From positions 13,950,001 through 14,014,000 of the forward strand of contig NC_135830.1 of the NCBI RefSeq assembly GCF_964213995.1: a stretch of 64,000 bases of DNA. The letters are read 5' to 3'. The stretch comes from Mustelus asterias (lineage: Eukaryota). Made by a program: the position numbers and the translations under genes. Below the pieces are notes generated by a model, which saw only the letters and a program-made list of their open reading frames with translations, was not told the origin of the DNA and made no database searches. Of the stretch, positions 37,460-48,508 are shown piece after piece. The stretch's first letter is position 1, and the number at the start of each line of letters is the position of its first letter.

Positions 37460-38503
37460 ATACTCTGATCTTGGTTAAGCTACATTTGGAGTATTGCATG
37501 CATTCCTGGCCACCATACTACCAGAAGGACCTGGAAGCTTTGGAGAGAGTGCAAAGAAGGTTCACCACGATGTTGCCTGGTCTCGAGGATGTTGGCGAGG
37601 AGAGGTTGAATAGGATTTTTCGCTGGAAAGACAGAGGCTGACGGGAGACCTGATAGAGGTCTACAAAGTTATGAGAGGCATTGACAGGGTGGATAGTCAG
37701 AGGTTTTTTTCTTAGAGTGGAATTATCAATTACAAGGTTCAAGATGAGAAGGGGAATGTTTAAGGGAGATGTGCAGTGAAAGTTTTTCACACAGAGTGGT
37801 GGGTGCCTGGAACATGCTGCCAAATAGGTGGTGGAAGCAGGCAGATTAGCAAAATTTAACAGGAATCTGGATGGGTACTTGAATAGGGAGGAATTAGAAA
37901 TTATCGCTCGACTATTAATCCAGAAACTCAGCTAATGTTCTGGGGACCCGCATTCAAATCCTGCCACGGCAGGTGGTGGAATTTGAATTCAACAAAAAAT
38001 ATCTGGAATTAAGAATCTACTGATGACCATGACCATTGTCGATTGTCGGAAAAATCCATCTGGTTCACTGATGTCTTTTAGGGAAGGAAATCTGCCGTCC
38101 TTTTCTGGTCAGGCCTACATGTGACTCCAGAGCCACAGCAATGTGGTTGACTCTCAACTGCCCTCTGAACAAGGGCAACTAGGGATGGGCAATAAATGCT
38201 GGCCAGCCAGTGACACCCATGTCCCACAAATTAATTTTTAAAAATCCCACCCAGGGCCAATTCCCGTAACCGCACACATTTACTTTACTAATTCTCCTGA
38301 CACTCGGGTCAATTTATCATGGCCAATCAACCTAACCCGCACATCTTTGGACTGTGGGAGGAAACTGGAGCACCCGGAGGAAACCCACACAGACACGGAG
38401 AGAATGTGCAAACTCCACACAGAAAGTGACCCAAGGCCAGAATTAAACCTGGGACCCTGGAGCTCTGAGGCAGCAGTGCTAACCACTGTGCCACCATGCT
38501 GCC
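37460..38503. mobile_element. CR1 fragment (+, 37460-37890), SacSINE1-type SINE (+, 37900-38240) and HE1 SINE (-, 38244-38503)
   Basis: LERVQRRFT motif, Deu-type core and HE1 head, respectively. Confidence 0.8.
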
Positions 38504-39182
38504 CAGAGGGATACAGACCGAGCAAAGGCAGAAGGTTTTTTGTAAATTAGGGTATCATGATTGGCATAGACTTGGAGGATCAAAGGGTTTGTTCCTGTGC
38601 TGTACTTTTCTTTGTTCTCCCCAACTTCCCCCCACACAGCCAAAGACTAGGAGGTTGGGGCGAAAGTGTTAACAAAGGTTGCGGAGCAGCTCCTTCAGGT
38701 AACTATACAGGGCTGCAACATCTCACACTGAATATAGAATCCCGACAGTGCAGAATATGCCATTTCACCCATTGAGTATGCAATGACTCTCTGACAGAGC
38801 ATCTTAGCCAGGTGTTCTTCCTCACCCTATCCTGGTAACCTCACAATTTCCCATTTAACCTGCACGTCTTGGGACACTAAGAGGCAATTTAACATGGGCA
38901 ATCCACATCTTTGGGCTATAATATAATATTAATATAATGTAAACATGGCCCATGGACTCCTTTGGGCTGCAAACATCAGCTGCAGCCTGGGAGTGGGTGA
39001 AGCTGTTTAAAATCTGTTAACACAGTAAGAAGTTTAACAACACCAGGTTAAAGTCCAACAGGTTTATTTGGTAGCAAAAGCCACACAAGCTTTCGAGGCT
39101 CTGAGCCCCTTCTTCAGGTGAGTGGGAATTCTGTTCACAAACAGAACTTATAAGACACAGACTCAATTTACATGAATAATGG

Positions 39183-41039
39183 TTGGAATGCGAATACTTA
39201 CAACTAATCCAGTCTTTAAGAAACAAAACAATGGGAGTGGGGAGAGCATCAAGACAGGCTAAAAAGATGTGTATTAGAACGGATTACTGCAAAGAAGTGT
39301 ACCGACAACTCAACAACGAGGAACACTACAGACAGTTACCTGCAGATCCGACCAAAGAACACACCCGTCAACTCAACACTCTGATCAAGACCTTTGATCC
39401 GGACCTTCAGAACACCCTCCGTGCTCTCATCCCACGTACTCCCCGCGTTGGAGATCTCTACTGCCTCCCGAAGATACACAAGGCAAACACACCCGGCCGT
39501 CCCATCGTATCGGGCAATGGGACCCTGTGCGAGAACCTCTCCGGCTATGTCGAGGGCATCCTGAAACCCATTGTACAAAGAACCCCCAGCTTTTGTCGCG
39601 ACACGACGGACTTCCTACAGAAACTCGGCACACATGGAGCAGTTGAACCAGGAGCGCTCCTCGTCACAATGGATGTCTCAGCACTCTACACCAGCATCCC
39701 CCATGACGATGGCATTGCTGCAACGGCCTCAGTGCTCAGCGCCAACAACTGCCAGTTTCCAGATGCAATTTTACATCTCATCCGCTTCATCCTGGACCAC
39801 AATATCTTCACCTTCAACAACCAGTTCTTCATCCAGACACACGGAACAGCCATGGGGACCAAATTTGCACCTCAATATGCCAACATCTTCATGCACAGGT
39901 TCGAACAAGACTTCTTCACCGCACGGGACCTTCAACCGGTGCTATACACTAGATACATCGATGACATTTTCTTCCTTTGGACTCATGGTGAACAATCACT
40001 GAAACAACTCTATGATGACATCAACAAGTTCCATCCCACCATCAGGCTCACCATAGACTACTCTCCGGAATCGGTTGCATTCTTGGACACGCGCATCTCC
40101 ATTAAGGACGGTCACCTCAGCACCTCACTGTACCGCAAGCCCACGGATAACCTCACGATGCTCCACTTCTCCAGCTTCCACCCTAAACACGTTAAAGAAG
40201 CCATCCCCTACGGACAAGCCCTCCGTATACACAGGATCTGCTCGGATGAGGAGGATCGCAACAGACACCTCCAGACGCTGAAAGATGCCCTCATAAGAAC
40301 AGGATATGGCGCTAGACTCATTGATCAACAGTTCCAACGCGCCACAGCGAAAAACCGCACCGACCTCCTCAGAAGACAAACACAGGACACAGTGGACAGA
40401 GTACCCTTCGTTGTCCAGTACTTCCCCGGAGCGGAGAAGCTACGGCATCTCCTCCGGAGCCTTCAACATGTCATTGATGAAGACGAACATCTCGCCAAGG
40501 CCATCCCCACACCCCCACTTCTTGCCTTCAAACAACCGCACAACCTCAAACAGACCATTGTCCGCAGCAAACTACCCAGCCTTCAGGAGAACAGTGACCA
40601 AGACACCACACAACCCTGCCACAGCAACCTCTGCAAGACGTGCCGGATCATCGACACAGATGCCATCATCTCACGTGAGAACACCATCCACCAGGTACAC
40701 GGTACATACTCTTGCAACTCGGCCAACGTTGTCTACCTGATACGCTGCAAGAAAGGATGTCCCGAGGCATGGTACATTGGGGAAACTATGCAGACGCTGC
40801 GACAACGGATGAATGAACACCGCTCGACAATCACCAGGCAAGACTGTTCTCTTCCTGTTGGGGAGCACTTCAGCGGTCACGGGCATTCGGCCTCTGATAT
40901 TCGGGTAAGCGTTCTCCAAGGCGGCCTTCGCGACACACGACAGCGCAGAGTCGCGGAGCAGAAACTGATAGCCAGGTTCCGCACACACAAGGACGGCCTC
41001 AACCGGGATATTGGGTTTATGTCACACTATTTCACATAA
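39183..41039 (+). CDS. Penelope reverse transcriptase / GIY-YIG endonuclease (N-terminally truncated)
   Basis: LPKIHK, RPIVS, DVSALYTSIP, GTAMG, RYIDDIF, NVVYLIRC...YIGET; no internal stops. The first ~30 codons come from the inverted pLTR. Confidence 0.92.
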   Translation: MECEYLQLIQSLRNKTMGVGRASRQAKKMCIRTDYCKEVYRQLNNEEHYRQLPADPTKEHTRQLNTLIKTFDPDLQNTLRALIPRTPRVGDLYCLPKIHKANTPGRPIVSGNGTLCENLSGYVEGILKPIVQRTPSFCRDTTDFLQKLGTHGAVEPGALLVTMDVSALYTSIPHDDGIAATASVLSANNCQFPDAILHLIRFILDHNIFTFNNQFFIQTHGTAMGTKFAPQYANIFMHRFEQDFFTARDLQPVLYTRYIDDIFFLWTHGEQSLKQLYDDINKFHPTIRLTIDYSPESVAFLDTRISIKDGHLSTSLYRKPTDNLTMLHFSSFHPKHVKEAIPYGQALRIHRICSDEEDRNRHLQTLKDALIRTGYGARLIDQQFQRATAKNRTDLLRRQTQDTVDRVPFVVQYFPGAEKLRHLLRSLQHVIDEDEHLAKAIPTPPLLAFKQPHNLKQTIVRSKLPSLQENSDQDTTQPCHSNLCKTCRIIDTDAIISRENTIHQVHGTYSCNSANVVYLIRCKKGCPEAWYIGETMQTLRQRMNEHRSTITRQDCSLPVGEHFSGHGHSASDIRVSVLQGGLRDTRQRRVAEQKLIARFRTHKDGLNRDIGFMSHYFT

Positions 41040-41321
41040 ATATTTCTGCTTTTTTCCTCCTGAGTCTTTATCATGCGATCCTAGAATCAGAATTTATGTC
41101 ACACTATTTGTAACTCCCACAGTTGCGTGGACCTGCAGAGTTTCACTGGCTGTCTTGTCTGGAGACAATACACATCTTTTTAGCCTGTCTTGATGCTCTC
41201 CCCACTCCCATTGTTTTGTTTCTTAAAGACTGGATTAGTTGTAAGTATTCGCATTCCAACCATTATTCATGTAAATTGAGTCTGTGTCTTATAAGTTCTG
41301 TTTGTGAACAGAATTCCCACT

Positions 41322-41358
41322 CACCTGAAGAAGGGGCTCAGAGCCTCGAAAGCTTGTG
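41322..41358 (+). ncRNA. Minimal type I hammerhead ribozyme motif in the Penelope pLTR
   Basis: cac CTGAAGA a ggggc tcaga gcctc GAAA gctt gtg: core boxes, stem II, palindromic stem III and cac/gtg stem I. Inverted copies at 39084-39120 and ~57400-57434. Confidence 0.7.
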
Positions 41359-41469
41359 TGGCTTTTGCTACCAAATAAACCTGTTGGACTTTAACCTGGT
41401 GTTGTTAAACTTCTTACTGTGTTTACCCCAGTCCAACGCCGGCATCTCCACATCATAAAATCTGTTAAC

Positions 41470-41658
41470 ACAGTAAGAAGTTTAACAACACCAGGTTAAA
41501 GTCCAACAGGTTTATTTGGTAGCAAAAGCCACACAAGCTTTCAGAGCTCCGAAAGCTTGTGTGGCTTTTGCTGCCAAATAAACCTGTTGGACTTTAACCT
41601 GGTGTTGTTAAACTTCTTACTGTGTTTACCCCAGTCCAACGCCGGCATCTCCACATCA
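41470..41658. mobile_element. Mini hairpin Penelope (inverted plus direct pLTR ends)
   Basis: About 73-bp near-perfect inverted arms; followed by a third target copy at 41659-41672. Confidence 0.9.
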
Positions 41659-41699
41659 TAAAATCTGTTAACTCAGCTATGTATCACCGGGCACTAGGA

Positions 41700-42130
41700 C
41701 CCAGTTGGGAACAGAGACCCTGAGGCCCCGTCCACTCTGTTACGTCACCTGAACGAAGAGGCATGCGCACTCCTCGGCTATGAACCAAGATGGCGGCCAG
41801 TAACCGGGGCTTCGTTTCGGTAAAAAGACCCGGAGCTGCAAACGCGGCACCTTCAGGTTCGTCTAGGGGGTGAGAGCATTCACCCGGTGTTTACAAACTC
41901 TTCCCAACCAGAATCGCCTCCGTTACTCACTCCAGGTTTCCGCATCCTTACCGACTGCCTGTTAACCAAAGAAACGTCTTTGTCTCAGGAGACATCACTC
42001 ATACTGCGCATGCTCCAACTGGATGAGCATTGGGCCTGCGCACTACTCTCCTGCAGTGTCGAAAGGGGACTTTCAGCACCGCGGGGAATGCTGGGTATAA
42101 AGCCCGCCATTGACAATCCCAATGAGTGAG
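41700..42130. promoter_or_regulatory. CpG-rich bidirectional promoter of ZNF pair 4
   Basis: Homologous to 1540-1920 (caagatggcggc, catccttacc donor, tgcgcatgctcca); plus-strand donor gtgagt at ~42126. Confidence 0.75.
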
Positions 42131-42942
42131 TAGTGATTATTTTTGCTGTGTTGTGGAGATTGTGGCGGGTGGGGAAACCGATAAAATTAGGAACAAAATC
42201 ATAAATTACACCAAGTGTACAGACCCTTAATTATCAACCAGAAAGAAGGAAAATGGGGATTGCTGAAAGACTGTCCTTTTAGGTATTGAAAATATATTTA
42301 TAATGAGAAGAAAATCAATCTGTGCAGCTTTAGTGAATATCGATATGCAAAGAGTAAGATGAAAGACTTTTAATCACCTCAAACACTTGGCATAGAACTG
42401 TCTGAAACTCAAAACAGAAGCTTCAGGAAATCAATGATAAAATGAGCATTTATAAATATGTAAATATATATATCTATATAGATATATATAAATGAGCATT
42501 TACACCGTTGACAGAAGACATTTTTAAATGTAAATTATTTACACTCAATCATTTTTGTATTCATTTGTGGGACATGGTTGCCAGCATTTCTTGCCCATCT
42601 CTAAGTTGCCCTTGGTGGGCATTTAAGATTCAACCACATTGCTGTGGCTTTGGTATCACATGTTTTAATGACAATGTTACAATCCATAATTATCCATGTG
42701 GCAGAATGTATCCCATCAGTGACTGGTTCTCTATTCTGAATTTCTGAGCTGAACTGACAGTGATGACATTTGCAAACTTCTTTTACAGGATATTAAAAGG
42801 GAAAAACTTGCCATAAGAAATCTCAAACCAAACTTCACACCAAGATCAGACAGAGTCACTCAATTTTATAGGATGGGGTAAACCATCACCCATTTTACCA
42901 TCCCTGTGACTGGAAAAGCACCGAGACACAGACACCGACACC

Positions 42943-43875
42943 ATGGGGAAACCGTGGAAATGTAAGGATTGTGGAAAGGGATTCAAGTCCCCATCTGAGT
43001 TGGAAATTCATCGACGCAGTCACACCGGGGAAAGACCATTCACCTGCTCTCAGTGTGGGAAGAGATTTACTAATGCATCCGACCTGCTTACACACCAGCG
43101 AGTTCACAGCGGAGAGAGGCCATTCACCTGCTCTGTGTGTGGGAAGAAATTCAGCATTTCATCCAACCTAGTGAGACACCATCGAGTTCACACAGGGATG
43201 AGACCATTCAGCTGCTCAGTGTGTGGAAAAAGATGCAGAGATTCATCCACCCTACTGGTACACCAACAAGTTCGCACCAAGGAGAGGCAATTCATCTGCT
43301 CTGACTGTGGGAAGAGATTCACTCGGTCCTCCAGTCTGCAGAGGCACCATCGAGTTCACACTGGGGAGAGACCACTCACCTGCTCAGAGTGTGGGATAGG
43401 ATTCAGAGATTCACCTGACCTGCTGGCACATCAGCGAGTTCACACTGGAGAGAGGCCGTTCATCTGCTCCGTGTGTGGAAAAGGATTCGGAGATTCCTCC
43501 ACCCTGCTGACACACCAGCGAGTTCACACTGGGGAGAGGCCGTTCACCTGCTCCAACTGTGGGAAGGGATTCACTCAGTGAGCCAACCTGCTGAGACATC
43601 AGCAAATTCACAGCAGGGACAGGGAGAGGCCTTTCATCTGCTCGGAGTGTGAGATGGGATTCTATGAGTTATCTACCCTGCTGACACACCAGCGGGTTCA
43701 CACTGGGGAGAAGCCATTTATCTGCTCTGTGTGTGGGAAGGGATTCAATCGGTCATCCAACCTGCTCACACACCAGCGAGTTCACACTGGGGAGAGACCA
43801 TTTACCTGCTCTGTGTGTGGGAAGGGATTCACTCAGTCATCCCACCTGCTGAGACACCAGCGAGTTCACAAGTGA
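42943..43875 (+). pseudogene. C2H2 ZNF-8 (11 fingers) with one in-frame TGA
   Basis: ORFs 42943..43581 and 43654..43875 are in the same frame, separated only by TGA at 43579-43581 in finger 8; acceptor at 42787-42788. Confidence 0.8.
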
Positions 43876-44369
43876 TGACTGGGATTGGATTCTGCTGTTA
43901 TTGCCGCTGTTAATCACATCCAGGACTGAACCATGTTCATTCTGACAGTTGATGAAGTGGGAGGGTCGGAGGGTTTCTTGCTGCTGGACTGGCCGGTCTC
44001 AATTTTCATTCCAGTGGCTGATTCCCTTTGAGCGAGGGCACATTTCCACTGAAATGATCCACAAAAGCAGGTGTCAGATGAGACTGAGATGAGGAAAAAA
44101 ATTCTTAACTCAAAGGGTAGTGAACTTGTGGAATTCTCTACCACAGAAGGCTGTGGAATCCAAGTCACTGAATATATTCAAGGAAGAGATAGGTTTTGTT
44201 TTAGATTTTAATGGCTTCAAGCGGTATGGGGAGAATATGGCATTGAGATCGAGGATCAGCCATGATCATATTGAATGGTGGAGCAGACTCAAATGGCCTG
44301 CTCTTAATTTCTTATAGTACATTAATTTTATCCTGAATAATAAATAGTCTTTTTCCTACCACTACAGGT

Positions 44370-44875
44370 GTCTTGTCGTTCATCCATCCTCGTTCTGAGG
44401 ATTGGCTGCACTCTAAACAGTTTTTCTTCACTGATTTCTCAGCTGCTTTCACTGCCTGTCCCATCGAGAGGCCGGTCCACATTCTAATATTATCCACCCA
44501 TCTCGGGCCTTCCTTGCACACATTTTCCAGGTGTTCTGTCTCACATTACCTCTTTTTCCAAACACTCCCTCTCTATTCACAACACGTCTAAAATAGGTGA
44601 GCTTCCGGGATGTCAGAGCCTCAGACAGGTTCCGGTGAACACCAGCTTTCTCCAGCACCCACTCATTCATCCACTTTGCCGTCCGTGACACACAGAATAT
44701 CCGTCCGAGTCCTTTCATTTCAAACACTTTTATTGGAGCCTCGTCACTCTTATTGATGGTCCAGCTTTCACGGACACACATTGTCACCGGCCACACAAGG
44801 GCTTTCAGAAGGTGAATATTCATTGTAACTGAGATGTTGTGTCTGCTCCATACTGTTTTCACTGAGATCACAACA
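44370..44875 (-). mobile_element. RTE-clade (BovB-like) LINE 3' fragment
   Basis: LLKALVWPVTM..ESWTI......IKVFEM...RIFCVS.TAK..NEWVL motif series. Confidence 0.75.
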
Positions 44876-45454
44876 CCATGATCCTTAAGACTGGTCTGAG
44901 TTTGTTTGATCGATCCTGCAGTCAGATCTCAGATAAATACATGAGTCTCTGTTCCATTGACTCTCCAGCACAGGGCCGGGCCAGCCGGCTCAATCGGTCT
45001 GTCAGTAATTTGCTCCACATCAGCCTCCACCTACCCCACTGCATCTCCTCCCTATCAGCATATCCTTCTGTTACTGTGTCCCTCATGTGTGGATCTAACT
45101 TTCATTTCAATGTATTCATGCTGTTCACCTCAACCACTCACCATGGACCAAGTTCCATATTCTCTGTGATTTGGGGTCAATAATGAATTCCCCTTCTGTA
45201 CTCTTTAACATCGAAATTTGGATCAAATTATCAAATTAAATGAATGGGAAGGCGGGGGGGGGGGGGGGGGGGGGCGGAGAATCCTTTAAAGGGACAGCCA
45301 CAAACTAAACCCTGAATGAAAAGTTACAAATGTAAAACTATGATGTGGTTCTGGGGAGGAATGAAGCTCTCCAGCCCCCACAGTGCCCACTGAAGACCTT
45401 GTGTTGGTCGTCACCACATGCTTCCTTTCCAGGGACACCTGGTCGCAAACATGG

Positions 45455-45850
45455 GCTGACATGGTGGTTCGCACTGCTGTCTCACAGCTCCAGGGAGCCG
45501 AGTTCAATTCCAGCCTTGGGTGATTGTCTGGATGGAGTTTGCATGTTCTCCCCATGTCTGCATGGGCTTCCTCCGGTTAGTGTCACAAGTAGGTATACAT
45601 TAACACTGCAATGAAGTCACTGTGAAAATCCCCTAGTCGCCACACTCCTGCACCTGTTCGGTGACACTGAGGGAGAATTTGGCATTGCCAATGCACCGAA
45701 CCAGCACGTCTTTCAGACTGTGGTAGGTAACTGGAGCACCTGGAGGAAACCCACACAGACACGGGGAGAACACAGACAGTGACCCAAGCTGGGAATCAAA
45801 CTCAGGTCCCTGGCACTGTGAGGCAGCTAACTGCTGTGCCACCGTGCCAC
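45455..45850. mobile_element. Two opposed HE1-related SINE fragments
   Basis: Plus-strand head at ~45460-45580; minus-strand head ending ~45850. Confidence 0.7.
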
Positions 45851-46299
45851 CAATGATCCACGTGAATGTTAAATAAGAGACAGACCAGAATTATGATCTC
45901 TCAACTATTATAATGGTTTATTCAAAAAAGAGTAAATAATACGAGAGAAATTAAAACAATGAGTCTCACTGCCTTCTGCCTGTCAGGGACCCTTCTGACG
46001 ACAGCTGGTCTGGAGCTCGAGAGGTCCTGGCAACATTCGTGATCCCGGTCCAAGGTGACTACCAACGTACCCGGGTCGAAGCCCCGCCCCCCCGTGTTTT
46101 ACAGTGCGGCACAAACAACCTGACAGGAGATTTGGTCAATTCCCAGGCTTGGGAAACAATATACAAACACAGCACTGGAAGGTCAGCTTGTTTCTGTAGC
46201 ACAGCTGCTTCTTTAGGTTCTCACAGCATGAATAAATGCTGAGTTGACTGGTGAATATCTTAACTCTTTACTTTCTATACATTACATCCTGAGATTCAG

Positions 46300-48505
46300 C
46301 AGTCAACGCAGCAATCCCATCTGTACCTGTATAAGTTCCTTCACAGCAATGACCTGTGTGAACAATGCACGCACTCTGCACCACAAGACAATTAAAATGA
46401 ACAAAAGGGTACAAAGACGCAGTATGACAACAGGATGTAACATTAAAGTAAAAACAGCGGATGCTTTGGATGACCATCCATTAAAAACACCCCACCAAAG
46501 GTGAAAACTGAGGCAATTAAGTTCATCCGATGTTTGGTGAAGTTTGCCTTAAGCACAGGTCATTTCCACACTCTGCCTAAGAAGATGTTGCCTGTCTTGA
46601 CTTAGGTGTGCAGAAACTTGAGTATTTTGTTCAATAAACCTGCATAATTTATCAAGTTCAATTGAAGGCAGATGCACAATACCGTGGGTGTGTCTATATC
46701 AAATAATATGTTCTATTAGTATGTACATCAAATATGTCCCATGCATCTTTCCAACATTGGTTTACAGGGGGTTCAAGCTATCTGGCATTCAGATGTACAT
46801 TGAGAGTGCTGGTAATGCAGACATAGTTTTTAAAAAATTATTCGTGGAGTCACATGTGGGCCAGACCAGTTAAGGATGGCAGATTTCCTTCCTGAAAGGA
46901 CATTGTGAATCAGATGGGTTTTTTTCTGACAATCGACCATGGTTTCATGGTCATCAGTAGATTCTTATTTCCAGATCTTTTTCATTAAATTTCACCATCT
47001 GCTGTGGTGGGATTTGAACCTGGGTCCCCAGAACATTAGCTGAGTTCTGAATTAGTAATCTAGCGATAATATCACGAGGCCATCGCCTCCCCACCAAACT
47101 TGTCCAAATTCATGCATAATAGTATCATTAACTGGCGATAATTCCTATTGACATTGGCCATGACTCAGCTGTAAGGTACAAGCTTCATGTATGAGGAGTT
47201 ATGGAGAGGACATACCACCACAAAAGGCCATTGGCTACAATCCGCCACATTGAGCACGGATGCCTGGACAGTGATGTTATACAAATAATATTTCTGTCCT
47301 TCTGCACAAGTACATTTGTTTTGAGTGCATATTTTACTGGATGCCTTCCATCCCCCATGCATCGGGAGTGAACGCAGCTTAGGAGATACAAGCCAAGCAT
47401 GTCCAGCAGCAATTATTTCCCCTTTTCTGTGGGGTTTGGTTTGAGATATGTACCCACACCTTGCCACCCTTACATACAGGTGTGTCATATTCCCTGTCTG
47501 GAGGAAGAATTGAAGGGACAGGTTGTTTTATCATCTTACTCAAGAGGGTTCATAGAATCCCTACAGTGCAGAAGGAGGCCATTCGGCCCATCCAATCTGC
47601 ACCGACCACAATCCCACCCAGGCCCTACCCCCATAACCATACTTATTTACCCTATAACACCCTGACACTAAAGGGCAATTTATCATGGCCAATCAACCTA
47701 ACCCACATCTTTGGAGTGTGGAAGGAAACCGGTGCACTTGGATGAAACCCACGCAGACACGGGGAGAATGTGCAAACTCCACACAGACGGTGACACAAGC
47801 CAGGAGTCAAATCCAGGTCCCTGGTGCTGTGAGGCTGCAGTGCTAACCACTGTGCTGCCGTGCCACCCCTCCTTTTTGTGGCCTATTATTCAAATTATGT
47901 AAGGCCTTTGCCACTCTTTGAGTGTGTGGTCAAGCTTGATTTGTTGTTTCAATAGCCCATTCATGTGTTCAATCGGGCCAGGCTAGGGAATGTGCAATAC
48001 CCAATGTATTCCATTCATTGACTCCTATGTGATACAAATGTCATCCCAACTTGATTTTTACACGGTGAGATCTTATTCCTTCGCACCTTATCACATTATT
48101 ATTCTTGATCACTCGAGCTCTGATTTTTCACTGGCCATGCTAGGGTAGGATTATAACCATTCATTAGAATCTACTCTCGCTTTTCAGTCCAGTGCTACTT
48201 GGAGTATACCGTCACTTCAGTGACTATTGGGTCATAGCCCCTCACAGTTCTCATCACAAATTTATGATAAAATAATTTAAACAATGCCTGAGAACGCTTC
48301 TTAACTTCTTAATCAACTACCTACCACTGTTTGTTGATTGGTCGGACCCCCTTTTCACAGATTTGGGTATCTCAGCCACTGAACACCAGCCAGTCCTGGA
48401 ATAAGTTTAATTCTAACTCAATGAGGAAATATTCTCACCAGGTCCTCTGTCAGGGCACTGCTAAGCAGCTTTAATGGTCCATGATTGCAGAAACTGAGCT
48501 GTGGT
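46300..48505 (-). mobile_element. Degenerate endogenous retrovirus: integrase and env relics, with nested SINEs (~46822-47092, ~47550-47868)
   Basis: NGIHWVLHIP*PGPIEHMNGLLKQQIK and ALHNLNNRP at ~48018-47875; HLWWGVFNGWSSKASAVFTLMLHPVVILRLCTLLFILIVLW (membrane anchor) at 46503-46381. Confidence 0.65.
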
Positions 48506-48508
48506 CAA

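Larger units (their letters stand above)
39022..41455 (+). mobile_element. Penelope-like element family A: inverted pLTR, 5'-truncated RT/GIY-YIG ORF, pLTR
   Basis: 39022-39275 is the reverse complement of 41167-41420; 14-bp target taaaatctgttaac at 39008-39021 and 41456-41469. Confidence 0.95.

Noticed and set aside
45867-46169. Possible 3' LTR of the 46-48 kb ERV (TGT...ACA, minus-strand AATAAA)
   Set aside because: No polypurine tract or TSD was found and the boundaries are unsupported.
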